Source: Chiloscyllium plagiosum
Lineage: Eukaryota
DNA length: 64,000 nucleotides
Assembly (NCBI RefSeq): GCF_004010195.1
Contig: NC_057734.1
Span: 26,824,999 to 26,888,998, forward strand
Reading direction: 5' to 3'
Of this stretch, positions 39,235-52,109 are shown piece after piece (the stretch's first letter is position 1; every line of letters begins with the position of its first letter). A model generated the notes under the pieces. It worked only from the letters and a program-made list of their open reading frames with translations. It did no database searches and was not told where the DNA came from. The position numbers were made by a program, and so were the translations under genes.

Positions 39235-39450
39235 TTTAGACAGAAGATGATTCGCGTGTGGAATGAACTTCCTGAGGAAGTGGTGGATACTCATCCAATC
39301 ACAACATTTAAAAGACATTTGAATAAGGCCATGCATAGGAAAAGTTTAGAGGGATGTGGGCATGAGCAGGCAGGTAGGACTAGTTTAGTTTGGGATTATG
39401 GTCGGCATGGACTGGTTAGAGCGAAAGGTCTGTTTCCATGCTGTATGACT
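39235..39450 (+). mobile_element. CR1 LINE extreme 3' end
   Basis: RVWNELPEEVV...TTFKRHLNK and tail gcgaaaggtctgtttccatgctgtatgact. Confidence 0.75.
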
Positions 39451-39938
39451 CAACACTTCTCCAAAGGTGTGAATCTCCTCCTCATAAAATCAACGGAAAC
39501 ACAAAGCTGGAAATGCTCGATGATCGTAGAGCGAGTTAAGTTTCTAGTGAATTGGTAGCATACTTCACAGCAGCCAATTTTTTTTTCTTTTACATAGGAT
39601 TGCCTGAAGCACTTAAAACAAACATTACCGTTAAAACAGCAGTGTTGTAGGAGATGAATAACCATAAAGAGCTTTGCGAACTTCAGTGGAAAATAGATAG
39701 GGGTTCTGAAAGTTCAATATTTTAACAGCCTTAGCAAAACCAACAAATTCTAATTGATACTGAATAACTTCTGTAAATAAATGTCGAAGATTTTCTAAAA
39801 ACATTTTTAAGTACTATACAACTCAACGAATACAACTGATTTTAAAAGGGCGCCACCCACAATCCATGATGAAACTTGGAGAAGTCCGATATATACGGGT
39901 GGGCTTCCTTCAGCTTGCTAACTCGTTTCTGTGGCTGT

Positions 39939-41027
39939 ATGACGGCGTTCACTGCAACATCACCTACAATGGACAACGGGACCCAACAATGTAGTCGTGT
40001 GGGAGACGTTAATTCTTCCTATAATCCACCTTTAATAATTATAACCTTCGTCCTCGGATTTATTGGAAATGTCATTGCTTTGTGGATCTTCGGTTTTCAC
40101 GCAAAAATTTGGAAACCAAACACAGTTTATTCACTGAACCTGGCGATTGCAGATACTATGTTAATCTGCTGTTTACCGTTTCGAGCAGACTATTTTATCC
40201 GGGGGAAGAACTGGATTTATAGTGATGCTCCTTGTCGTCTGAATGTATTTTTGATTTCCCTAAACCGGGTAGGAAGCATCATGTTCCTCACAGCGATGGC
40301 GATCGATCGGTATTTTAAAGTGGTCCACCCTCACCACAGGGTGAATACGATGTCTACAAGGTGTGCAGTGAAGGTAGCCGGCAGCTTGTGGATTCTGGCC
40401 GTGGCAATGTGTTCACATCTTTTAGCAGAACATCGGTCTTTCAAACACGACAACCGGACATACTGTGAACCCTTTGACATATCGCGGCCACTACGCCCGA
40501 CAGCAATTTGGACCGATATTATTTTTATTCTTTTCAAGTTTGCTCTACCAGCTTCAATTATCCTCTTCTCCACGTCCTGCATCATCTGGAAGTTAAAACA
40601 AATGAAAATTGAGTTGAGGAGTAAATATAAACGAGCGATGAAGCTTGTGATCGCTGTGGCTGCAGTGTTTGTGCTTTGTTTCTTACCCACAAACATTGCT
40701 GTTATTGCTGTGTTAATCACGAAACTAAGAGGCGCTAAAGGCTGTAAATCATATGAGACAGCTGTTCATGTCTTTTATAATACACTATTTATGACATATC
40801 TGAACAGTGTCCTGGATCCAGTTATTTACTACTTTTCAAGTTCGACATTCAAAAATGCTTTAATGAAAGCAGTTACTTCTCTGAATCTAAACTGTTCCAA
40901 GTCAGAAACTGATAGTGCGATGCAACCAAAAGAATCCACGGGACAAATAGATATGGGTAATTTAAAAAGGACAGCGGTCTGTCATAATTATGAACCATCC
41001 CGGTCTGTGTCTACTTTGTCTGCATGA
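39939..41027 (+). CDS. Intact hydroxycarboxylic acid / oxoeicosanoid receptor-like GPCR (copy C); alternative start at 39969
   Basis: Uninterrupted 7TM ORF: LGFIGN, LWIFGFH..WK, NLAIAD, CLPFRADY, LNRVGSIMFLT.MAIDRYFKVVHPHH, CFLP, TYLNSVLDPVIYYFSS; N-terminal and ECL3 cysteines; N-glycosylation sequons; resembles HCAR1-3/OXER1/GPR31. Confidence 0.93.
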   Translation: MTAFTATSPTMDNGTQQCSRVGDVNSSYNPPLIIITFVLGFIGNVIALWIFGFHAKIWKPNTVYSLNLAIADTMLICCLPFRADYFIRGKNWIYSDAPCRLNVFLISLNRVGSIMFLTAMAIDRYFKVVHPHHRVNTMSTRCAVKVAGSLWILAVAMCSHLLAEHRSFKHDNRTYCEPFDISRPLRPTAIWTDIIFILFKFALPASIILFSTSCIIWKLKQMKIELRSKYKRAMKLVIAVAAVFVLCFLPTNIAVIAVLITKLRGAKGCKSYETAVHVFYNTLFMTYLNSVLDPVIYYFSSSTFKNALMKAVTSLNLNCSKSETDSAMQPKESTGQIDMGNLKRTAVCHNYEPSRSVSTLSA

Positions 41028-43349
41028 CCAGCCGTTAATAATTTGCTTTTTGGGTCTTCATTGTTGCAAAATGTTAAGATTACTTGTTTTTTTGATATTG
41101 TAAAAGCAGTTAGTCTGTGCTTCTGGTGAATAAGGGTAAAATAAAATGTTTTTCAAAATCAAGTTATCCATGTGCTGAAACCTTGCAATGTTTACTTTGC
41201 AACAGTGACTAGGGATTTTCAATAATGAAGTGTTTAGCTCCACAAGGAGCTAGGTTCTTGTAAAAATCAAAGAAACAATTATAGGGAAACTGAAAAATAA
41301 TTGGAGGAAATATTGGGATAATGCCGCTTGTTCTGACCTCTAGTGTATTGTACGGATGGTTAAGGACACGCAACAGCGATACTGCTGCTGCGAATGTGAA
41401 TAGTTAGTGCACAGTATACTCACTATGTTCAGTGCGACACGTCCTAGTTTATCGGATTGGTCGGGGAGCTAAAGCTGTCAATTCAAACGAATCAAAAACT
41501 TTACTCTCTCCACAGATGCGGCCAGACTTACTGAGTTTCACCAGCGTCCTCGGAGATTGTTTCAGATTTCTAGCATCAGTAGTATTTAGCTTATCTGCAC
41601 TTTACTGTGAAATTGTTGGCCAATAAACGGTGGGTTTGGCACTGCTGAGAAGAACAAAGCATTGCGCAATTGCTGGGAAGGGGTACCAGCAGCATTGATG
41701 GCACAGGATCCGAGATTTACCTGCAACTTGAAGCAGACCATGGTCTGAGCTGTTCTGTGGGAACCGTTGGATGAGGCGTGAGGGGCATGCATGGAAGTGG
41801 TAGTGAACAAGCATCGCTATTTCCGAAAAACAAATCTTTGTAGCTCAGGTAGAGACAAATACAGATAAGACCATCGTTTACCCTGGATAAATCCTGTGCC
41901 ACTGCCAAGACAGACGCAGCAGGGATGGCAACACTATCAGGAAGGAGTTGCCCTGGGATTTCTCAATAAAAGCTCGACTCCATTTACTTTATTGGCATCA
42001 GGCCAAATATGGACAAGGAAACTTTCTGTTAATTAGCACCTAATAGAGCCTCACTCATTCCAGGCTGATAAAGCAGTCCTCCTCCATGTTGAACACCACT
42101 TGAGGAAGCACTGGGGGATGCACAAGATACTCTGGATAGGGATTTAGCAACTTACCATTTGACACCATGACCATCGTGGGCCAGCAGCAGCAATAAAATG
42201 TACTTCACACAATCTGTAACGTCATGACATGACATGTCCCAACTCTATCATTACCATAGTTGTTAAAGTACAGATTTGAGACAGCCCAAGGAAATCCCCT
42301 GAGGACTCAACTTACAAGCTCTCTTGGTTCATCCCAGAGATCGTACTTTTGGTAGTCTGGAATAAAAAATCTCTTACAGTTTAGTTTAATTTTAGTCATT
42401 CCTTCTATTTACTAATAGCATCACTGTTACAACATAGCCTGGCTTATAGGTATCAGCGTTAACTGGATTCTAATAATCCAGGAGAGTAGGACATCAGCTC
42501 TTCAAGAGTCCTGGCAGGCTACTCTATTGTACGATCACAACCTGGCGTCCTTTATACAAAAAGTTTACAAAAAATGTACTGTCACAAAACAGGCTTTCTT
42601 TTTCAAAAGCAGTGCATGTTCTGAACTAGATAAATAACAGTGAAGGACAATAATTCAGGAGAGAAATTAATTGATACAGAGTTTCATTTTGAGGTCAGAA
42701 TCAAACACTTATTAATTTCACAAAGGAACAGCTGTGAACGTTATCACTTGGTGTCCTGTTTACAGATTCACTGATGTTAAGGCAAATGTTCTTAATTGCC
42801 TTACCCTTGCCTGTCTATTTTCTACTGTGCAGCAAATGTTTCTATAATTCAACATTACATTTTAGTCTAAATGTTTAACGACAAGCTTTAAGGCTATAGA
42901 CTTTCTCACCATCAAGCCTATGTTTCACCCATGGTTCAATGAAGATTGCAGGAGGACATGCTAGGAGCAGCACCAGGCATATCTAAAACTGAGGTGTAAA
43001 CCTAATGAGGCTACCAAACAGGACTATTTACATGCCACACAGCATAAGTAGCAAGTGAAATGCAGGGCTAAACAATTCCACACTCAATGGATCACACAAT
43101 TTGATTCACCACACAGCATCCACTCTACTTCACGACCACAAATAGTGATTGTTGCTCAATTATCAGGCTGCTTTTCTAACAACTTTCACTGGATGAGCAT
43201 AAAATTCCTGCAACTAAATAAGTTAAGGCTAAAGTCATTGTGTTCAGTCACCATTACACACCATTTCCTACAGCTATTGAATTCATCTCTTCCCCTTGAC
43301 ATATGTTTGACAGCAAACTAGCTTTCTTGAAGCCTTGCTGTCAAAGTTG

Positions 43350-44150
43350 ATCTCAAGGTGAGAACTTTGGACAACATCTTCATCCTATCATTATAACTGC
43401 CTATTCCCACTTCCATAAAATGCCTCATTCTATCCCTGCCTCAGTTAATTTGCTGCTAAACTCTCATCAGCCCTTTGTTACATTTACACTTGATAATGCC
43501 AATACACTCCTGGATGGTGTCTCAAATTCAAATCATTTGTAAACTCAAGGGCATCCAAACACAAGTTCCTGTGACCTTTCTCACTCCAAGTCCTATTCAC
43601 TTTACTGACTGACATTGGGTCTTGGCCAAGCAAAACCTTGATTTTAAAATTCTTATCCTTGTTTGCAAATCAATCCAACTTCTTATCCTTTCCCGCTCAA
43701 GAATTATTTAAAATTAAATCATTCGTAAACATGACGATATCCAAAACATGGGTTACTGTGACCTTTTCACACCAAATCCTATTCACGATATTGACCAACA
43801 CCGGCTCTTGGCCAAGCAACATCTTGGTTTTAAAATTATTCTTGTTTTCAAACCGTTCCAATTTTTTTCCCAACCTTATCTTTGTATTCCTGTCCAGCTC
43901 AAGAATTATCCACTTTCCTCTAATTCTGCCTCTTGAGCATCCCAGATTTGAAATTACTTTCCTAATCTTCCCTACTTGTATTTCTGCTTCAGTTGTATCT
44001 GGATCTATCTGCAAACATTTATAATGGCTGTTCTAAATAAGCTGTGTTCAATGATTTCCCTTTAAGACACCCCTCAAAACCTCTCTCTTTGACAAAGCTT
44101 TTGACTATCTCCCCTAAAGCCATCAATGTAGTTCCATATAGTCTTCCTCC
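43350..44150 (+). mobile_element. Old L2-like LINE 3' remnant with an internal ~190-bp tandem duplication
   Basis: tccaaa...tgtgacctt...tcctattcac...tcttggccaagcaa...ttttaaaatt...gctcaagaattat occurs at ~43553-43707 and ~43738-43909. Confidence 0.55.
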
Positions 44151-44216
44151 ATAATGTTTTATGTTAAATGTTCTATATAAATAACCATTGCTCTGGTAAT
44201 ATGTATCTAAAGGAGA

Positions 44217-44338
44217 AAGTGAGGACTGCAGATGCTGGAGATCAGAGCTGAAAATGTGTTGCTGGAAAAGCGCAGGTCAGGCAGCATCCAAGGAGCAGGA
44301 GAATCAACGTTTCGGGCATGAGCCCTTCTTCAGGAATC
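44217..44338 (-). mobile_element. Solo Penelope-type terminal repeat with intact hammerhead core (44306-44333)
   Basis: Minus strand CTGAAGA-A-GGGC-TCAT-GCCC-GAAACGTT; 15-bp direct repeat TGTATCTAAAGGAGA at 44202-44216 and 44339-44353. Confidence 0.85.
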
Positions 44339-46967
44339 TGTATCTAAAGGAGATAAGGCTATCAATGAAGAGCACACTCCCTCACTTCTAGAAAACGTCA
44401 GATGAACAATGGCATGAATAAGCATGCTTGAGAATAGAAGGTGATTCATGCATCACATAACACAGTAATGGACTTGTAATAACTACACACAAGTATGAAT
44501 GCACATACCCCTATATTCAACAATCATTACAGTATGTTACCATTCCCTCAGCCAACTCTCAATCAACAGTAAAGTGATGGTAAGAGTTGTCAACAGTGTT
44601 ATCAAGCAGTACTTGCTTAGCAATAACCTGCTCACAGATCCTCAGTTTGGTTCAGCCAAGGCGATTCCGCTCTAGAACTCAACTGAATCGTGATCCAGTC
44701 ATGGACGAATGAACTGAATTCTGCTGAGGTGAGAGAGTCAACCTTTACATCAAAGCAGCATCTGACCAAATTTAAGGACTCTAGCAAAACTGAAATTGAG
44801 GGGAATCAGCAGGCAAGCTCTCTGTCACAAAGTAATGAGTATGAAACCATTAATGTTGAAATTGCTTTAGCTTTATCCATTCTGCTGAAATTAACACATA
44901 GCATTCATAGGGTGCAGATGTAAATGGTACAGTGTGTGAAGGTTTGAGTAATTATGTCTGACTTATAATGTAGTTGCAATTATTGCTATTGTACAAGAAA
45001 CTATCTCGTTCAACAAATCAATGAAGGACAGTGTCCCTTCTTAAAGGCTGTATGCTAGTTTATTCTCTACCACTGATCATAGGTAGATCCAACACAAAAA
45101 GTGTGAACAAAGGAAGATCAGTGGCTGTGAGCTACCTCAAACAAGCCTTAAATGAAAGTAAAATACTGTGGATGCAAGAAACCTGAAACAAATACAGAAA
45201 ATGCCAGGGAAATGTTGCAGATCTGGAAGCATCTGTGGCGACAGAAACAGTATTAATATTTTGAGATTGAACAAGCGTCATATTAGACATGAACCATTAA
45301 CGGTTTCTCTCTTAAAAGATGCTGCCAGAGTTTCTCCAGCATTTTCGGTGTTTGTCTCAAACCTTTCGCCAGAATCACATACCTGCTGAGATGGCAGGTA
45401 GCAAGAAGCAACAGTAGTGGCATGTAGGACCATAACAATGGTGAGAAATAGAAGGATCCAAACTCCATGCAGAGAACAGGAACACAAGGAGAAGAGCATC
45501 CAAAAAAACACTTTGGAAGATAGTGAGGTTACCACTTTAATAATAAACAGGCAGTCAACAACTCAAATTTGATTACAGATAGAGATAAATTGTAGCAGCC
45601 ATGGAAACAGCTACAGGAAAGCCAGGTACTCCAAAGACAAACCATCATCTAGAAGCTGGTAAGAGATAGTGAGATGAACATAATCTAGAAAAAGAGAGAA
45701 ATAGCCAGTTACATTTAGAAAAGACAGAGGCCTCAGCAAAGAATGGTCCATAGGGAGTAGCCTTCAGCAGTAACTTTAGGTATTGCTAAGGAAAAGTGGA
45801 TAAAAACTTCACAAAATAATTTCAAGAACCAGAAAAGGAAGGGAAGAGCTTGTAAAAGTGAGTTTCACCTTTCACATGAGTGTTGCCATTACTGAAAACA
45901 AGCTCTAGGAGGTATAGTTACAAAAGACAGTAAAATGGCAAGAAAATAAACACAACACAATTGGATTGGTGCTGATGAATCAGTAGGTTTTAGAATTTTG
46001 TTTACAATGGAAAAAAACAAATTTTTAAGATAAACTAAAGATTTAAATAGACTGGTATTCAGTAATTAAACTATAATTTCAACAGGGAGAATTCTACAAG
46101 TCTGAAACAGAAACAAATTTCTGAAGAAACTTAGCAGGTCTGGCAGCATCTGTGAAAGAAAGCAGAGTTAATGTTTCAAATCCAATTACCCTTCAGAAGT
46201 ATTTAGATTTGGTGTTATTTAATTCAGAATTATAAAGGGTCCCAGCCAGAAAAAAAAATTGCAGTGTGGAAATATGTGCTTGATGTTTTAGACAGTGAAA
46301 GGAGGAAAACATCAATTTTGCCTCGAAAGAAGCCAAAAATGCTATCACTGCTGCAGCTGGGACATCCTTGGAAGAGTTGGTCAACCACCATGTAGGTAAT
46401 TAAATAAGATGGGAAAACCCAACAAGCAATACAAAGATGCAGTATTACAATGAAGTAGAAGTGTAAATGTCAAATATCAATACTGAACAGGTAACAGAAT
46501 CTAAAGCTTTATTGAAGAATTTACCACTGTATTACTGCAAAACAGTTTTAAAAGACCAACAAATAAAGAAACTACTACATGGAGCTGTGCACATTCTACA
46601 GTCATTAAATTTAAAACAGTAATAATGAATACAGGCATACAAGCTTCAGGAACAGCAGATTGCAAGCATTATTGAGATGATACAGAATTAAAACAACTTC
46701 ACAGTTATAAGAGTTAAGAAAAACATTGAGAAGAAATAGAAAAAGACGTAACACTTTCACAGAGATCTAGCGTCAGAGAAACACCATAAAGAATTCAAAA
46801 TTAGACATCACTGCTGAAAGTACATCATTGCCTTAAAATTAAACACTATTTCTGAAGCTAAGCAGATTAATAAACTACCATATTCAATGGGTCTGATTGT
46901 GAATTATGTTTTTAATCATATTGTGGACCAGACAAGACCTAGCATAGACCCTGTTTTGAATTTTTTA

Positions 46968-47126
46968 AGATCTGGAGGTGCTGGTGTTGGACTGGGGTGG
47001 ACAAAGTTAAAAATTACACAACACCAAGTTTAATCCAACAGGTCCATCAGAGGCAGCGCCTTGAAAGCTAGTGCTTCCAAAGAAACCTGTTGGACTACCA
47101 CCCGGTGTTGTGTGATTTTTAACCTT
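46968..47126. mobile_element. Short palindromic Penelope terminal fragment (third family)
   Basis: aagttaaaaattacacaacacc...tccaacagg and cctgttgga...ggtgttgtgtgatttttaacc are inverted; same sequence as the 54605 element end; flanked by tgaattttttaa / tgatttttttaa. Confidence 0.65.
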
Positions 47127-47699
47127 GATTTTTTAAAAATCAGCTGCAAGGCACTATGACCCAGACATAATTAGATTGGTCCACCGCTAAGCTTTAGTCA
47201 AAACACACTCTATTCTTACAACAAGAGAAGAATTGGCATATCTTTATTCTGTTGAAATACATAACAAAGGTAATGTATTAATTTAATTACTGTTCCAAAA
47301 GAGGCAGCCATCATTTAAAGAACACCTCTTTGGCAAAGCCAATTCAACAACTCAGTAATTATTCTCATGCTATCTCTGTCCATCCAGCAGATTCAAATAA
47401 TCTGCCCTTTTTGATTTTTAAGACGAAGCTTCGCTGTCTAAGACTTCACTTTAGCAACAGAGAACTCAATCCTTCAGCTCCAGCAAAATCCTCCAACTAA
47501 CTGAAACGCAAAACCAAAATCCTTTTGGTGTGTGTGAGTCTGACCCCACTCATGATTCTTTTGTTTTACTTTAAAAGAAAACAGGTAGAAGTCAAAACTG
47601 CCTATCTGAAGGACGTATTTCAACATCACGATGAGAACACCTCTCTTCAAGAGAAACTGGACAGTATTGTCAGAATCAACATAATATTAAAGAGGGTAT

Positions 47700-48230
47700 A
47701 GGTACTTTTGAAGATGTCTTAAAAGCTTCTGATTGTTATTCAAGAACCAGCAAAATCCTTGAAAGAGCAAAATTGAACAGAAGACTTAAGTTTCCAGGGA
47801 AATCAGTAAACAATTTCATCAATGGCCTCTACGGATTAAAGAAAGCTGACTATGGAGCTTTGAAATCATCATTCATTAAAGAGAAAATTGTTGGAAGTAT
47901 TGATCAAACTTTATCAGATTTCGCAGAGTTCAAGTAGGAATTAACTTTGGAGAAAACTATTCAGATTGTATAGGAAGTATTAACCAGAAAGAATCACAGA
48001 CAGTTCTTCATCTCTGATGATCTATCTAATCTCACTTTATAAAGTGCAGACATGCTAAGGAAGCGCTTGACGAGTCAATACAATGATGAAGCCAAACACA
48101 AGATGCTAAGAACCAAATGTCTGCACTGTGGAATAACAAAGCCTCATAGGCACACACAATATTCCATCTTGACAACAAAATGTTACATTTGTTGAACTGT
48201 AAGTCACTTCCAGATGATCTGTGGAGAAGG
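47700..48230 (+). pseudogene. Ancient Gypsy gag remnant
   Basis: KILERAKLNRRLKFPGKSVNNFINGLYGLKKADYGALKSSFIKEKIVGSIDQTLSD...*ELTLEKTIQI resembles the ERAKFN..PGE....F...L....C.YG.....IRD..V.G..D......LTL.KA gag pattern. Confidence 0.65.
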
Positions 48231-48667
48231 GTCACTGAATTCAAAATATTAACTCGCCTTTCTCTTCACAGAAGCTAGCAGACCTGCTGAGTTTCTCCAG
48301 CAATTTCTGTTTACTGTCAATTTTATGTTTGCTACAGGAGTGAGTGTTATTGTCCTAAAGAGAAATCAGGAGATTTAGAGTCTTCCAAATAAAGGAATGG
48401 ACAACAAGTTGTAGAAGGAATGCTGCCCTTGAAGGATATTCAAGAGTTAGATCAAGTGGAGAAATGATACTTGGATCAGATCCAAGGTTAACAGTTTTCA
48501 GGGAAATGACTTATCATTCTTCCACATCTAAGTTGGTGCGTTCTGCGAAAATTGTGAATTCTCTATTTTTGAGAAGAATAAAATGTTTCAATATTTCATT
48601 AAAGAAAATACTATTTCAGTAAGAAATGCAATAAGTTTGGAGGGTTTGCTGGAAAAAAAGATTTCTA

Positions 48668-49005
48668 AGATTTACAAGATGATTAGGGGGTTAGATAGGG
48701 TTGACAGTGTGAACCTTTTCCCGCGTATGGAGTCGGGTATTACAAGGGGGCATAGCTTTAAATTAAGGGGGGGTAGATATAGGACTGATGTTAGGGGTAG
48801 GTTCTTCACTCAGCGAATCGTAAGTTCATGGAATGCCCTGCCAGCAGCAGTGGTGGACTCTCCCTCTTTATGGGCATTTAAGCGGGCATTGGATAGGTAT
48901 ATGGAGGATAGTGGGTTAGTATAGGTTAGGTGGGCTTGGATCGGCGCAACATCGAGGGCCAAAGGGCCTGTACTGCGCTGTGTTCTTCTATTCTATTCTA
49001 TTCTA
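48668..49005 (+). mobile_element. Young CR1 LINE 3' end with (TTCTA)n tail
   Basis: KIYKMIRGLDRVD...TRGHSFKL...FFTQRIVSSWNALP...FKRALD open frame with CpGs retained; ttctattctattctattcta tail. Confidence 0.88.
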
Positions 49006-50279
49006 AGAACTTATAAAAGCCTCCAAATGACAAATAAATAGGAAAAAATGACATTAGCTTTACCAGATAAAGAGATAGAATAAAGAGGAAGTAGGATATA
49101 ATGTTTGATACAGTACTCTTTTTTTGAGATAAGTCTCAGCAAGAAGTAGTAGAGGCATGTAATATTATGTGGCAACCCACCGTGGTAAAAACATGACTTA
49201 GTTTAACAAGGATATTTACAATATCTTTCAATATACCACTGGTTTGCATGGACAAACCTGTTTTTTTCCCCATGAAGACCTCTGTTCTTGATTTGTGTAA
49301 AGGTTAGAGAAAGAAAGATTTCCAAAATGTTGACCTCTAAAGTTTGGTCATCCCATTTTACACTTACATGTTCCTTGAGAGTTGTGGAGTCTCTCAAGTT
49401 ACAAAAATAAAGAGTGGAACAAATACATGACAAATAATTTCATTTATTCTTCATGAAACATCCCTTTTTTTCCTTGTTGGGAATGCTTTGACAACATTAT
49501 TGATGTGTTGTAAAAAATTGGCATTTTTCCATGGGCTAAAAAAAAATATTTTTACTTAATTATCACTCATTATAAATTTAAATAATTCTTTAAGTTTTAC
49601 AATATTTATTATAAACTTGCAATTGGCCTATTGAGTTTTGTTACTTGTGCCTCAATTTCAGATGCAAACCCAAAACTTGACAACAAGTAAATGAACTACT
49701 GCCCTGGAGATATTACTTGGTTGCCGTCATAGCAGTTGGTCCATGGCTGATATAAATGTAAATTATTTCACTAATATGTGCTGTTTCTGGAATCACCATT
49801 GTTTTTGAGTGAGGAGGAAAGCAAATTAGGACAATGGGTTAAAGGCAGGCAATGGTTTATGATTCTGGATAGTTTTGTTTTGTTCTGAATTGGAACAGGA
49901 TGTGTACAAAATGTAGTTCTGCAAATCGGTGTTAATTATTTGTCATTGGACAATGTTTTCTCTCTATTAATCAAATTTATTAGGATTTGTCTCAGTGAAG
50001 CAAAGGAGTACAATTAAAGCGTGGAGCTTTACAGCAGTTGACTGACAAACCCATGAACAACTTGTTTTGAATCTGCAAGATAATATTTATAGAGGAGCAA
50101 AGGATTAGGCCAATCATGGGCAGGTCACAAGTTGGTACATTAAGAATGACAAACAGAAAGAGATCAGATGCTCATGTACAGCCTACTGAAGTATGCTATA
50201 TAAAGTTGAACACAAACATCCATATGAAATGTAACTTCTCCCCTTTGTATCCTGATCCAGTTACTGTTTCATCCAAGTG

Positions 50280-50458
50280 ATTTCCTCCCACAATCCAAAG
50301 ATGTGGAGGTTAGGTGAATTGGCCATGCTAAATTGCCCATAGTGTCAGGTACATTAGTCAGGGGTAAATATAGGGTAGGGAAATGGGTCTGGGTGGGTTA
50401 CTCTTCGGAGGGTCGGTGTGAACTTGTTGGGCCGAAGGGCCTGTTTCCATACTGTAGG
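50280..50458 (+). mobile_element. V-SINE 3' part
   Basis: tccaaagatgtggaggttaggtgaattggccatgctaaattgccc...gggccgaagggcctgtttcc. Confidence 0.75.
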
Positions 50459-50958
50459 NNNNNNNNNNNNNNNNNNNNNNNNNNNNNNNNNNNNNNNNNN
50501 NNNNNNNNNNNNNNNNNNNNNNNNNNNNNNNNNNNNNNNNNNNNNNNNNNNNNNNNNNNNNNNNNNNNNNNNNNNNNNNNNNNNNNNNNNNNNNNNNNNN
50601 NNNNNNNNNNNNNNNNNNNNNNNNNNNNNNNNNNNNNNNNNNNNNNNNNNNNNNNNNNNNNNNNNNNNNNNNNNNNNNNNNNNNNNNNNNNNNNNNNNNN
50701 NNNNNNNNNNNNNNNNNNNNNNNNNNNNNNNNNNNNNNNNNNNNNNNNNNNNNNNNNNNNNNNNNNNNNNNNNNNNNNNNNNNNNNNNNNNNNNNNNNNN
50801 NNNNNNNNNNNNNNNNNNNNNNNNNNNNNNNNNNNNNNNNNNNNNNNNNNNNNNNNNNNNNNNNNNNNNNNNNNNNNNNNNNNNNNNNNNNNNNNNNNNN
50901 NNNNNNNNNNNNNNNNNNNNNNNNNNNNNNNNNNNNNNNNNNNNNNNNNNNNNNNNNN
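50459..50958. other. Assembly gap (500 N)
   Basis: Run of N. Confidence 1.
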
Positions 50959-51174
50959 CTTAACTATTTGTACCGAAATCGTCTCTCACACCTTGCATAA
51001 GCAATTCTGATTGCAGAAGTAACACTGCTTTGCCTATATCCCACACTTGTCAAGTACTTTCAAATTGAATATACATGCAGACCGTATCTCGTATCTGCCA
51101 TAAACATCCTCACGTCCTCAACTTCAGTACTTTACTCAAAAAAATATAATTCATTAGACATGACCCACCTTTTA

Positions 51175-51660
51175 TTAGTCCGTATTAGTTGGTTCTGGCT
51201 TCTGGTCGGGTCTTGTGAGGGCCTTTAAACTCACGCGGTAAGTGCGCGCGAGGGAAGTGGCGGTTAGTGAGGAGGGAGTTTTAATGGGGTGACCGTTACT
51301 GGGAGTCGACCTCAGAAAAGGGACAAAGTTGGGGTGATAGAAAGAGGGGCAACGAGGGAATGAAAAAGAAACACTGAGGCTTCACTGAGATGTAGAGGGC
51401 ACGGGGGTGTGTGTGGCACGAACGATACCCTGGGGCTTAGTTATTATTCTCCTCTTGAGGAAAAGTCTGTGTGAAACGGCGGGGTTAGGTGTGAAAAAAA
51501 GGCGCCATTTCCAGTTGGAGGGAAATAAGGGATTTATCACGGCAGCATGGTCGCTGCAACTTCATGTTTTCTCTCACAGTCGATGTCTTTTATTTAACTC
51601 CAAATCTAGTCCGTTTGTGTGAAGGCAGAGATGGGCTGAAATAGTAAGGAAGCCACGAGG
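51175..51660 (+). promoter_or_regulatory. CpG-rich segment; possible promoter/non-coding first exon with splice donor
   Basis: Local CpG enrichment (cacgcggtaagtgcgcgcgagggaagtggcgg) not matching repeats seen elsewhere in the window; consensus donor G|GTAAGT at 51238. Confidence 0.35.
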
Positions 51661-52109
51661 CTGTCTTTTTTAAAAATTATGTTGGTATATTTTTCCAGGG
51701 TGCAGCGTTATTGGGCACACTTCCCTACTCTAGGCAAAAGATCATGGCTATTCACTTTATGCATGCCCATCATGATTTTATAAACCTCTATGGTGTTACC
51801 CCTCAGGCTCCGGCACTCCAGATGAAAAAGTCCCAGTCTATCCAGGTTCTCCTCATAACTTAAACCGTCCAGCCTCAGTAATATCCTTGTAAATCTGTCA
51901 CTGGTGCAGCTAAAACTTTTATCTATCCCTTCCTTACTTGTTTGGAGTTAACTATTCCAATGCACACCTGACTACTCTTCCATATTGGACACTTTGCAAA
52001 CTTGAGGTCAGCAAAACCTCCACTGCCTATCAGCTGATAATATTGTACTCAAGCATCTTAGTTAGAGGAGTGTCTCACCCTGGATTATGCGTCTCCATTC
52101 TAATCTTCA

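Noticed and set aside
39876-39938. Longer N-terminus MEKSDIYGW... for copy C
   Set aside because: Begins at TTG and overlaps sequence homologous to the non-coding upstream regions of the paralogs; ATG 39939 or 39969 fits better.
50333-51010. Long ORFs spanning N runs
   Set aside because: Artefacts of translating assembly gaps.
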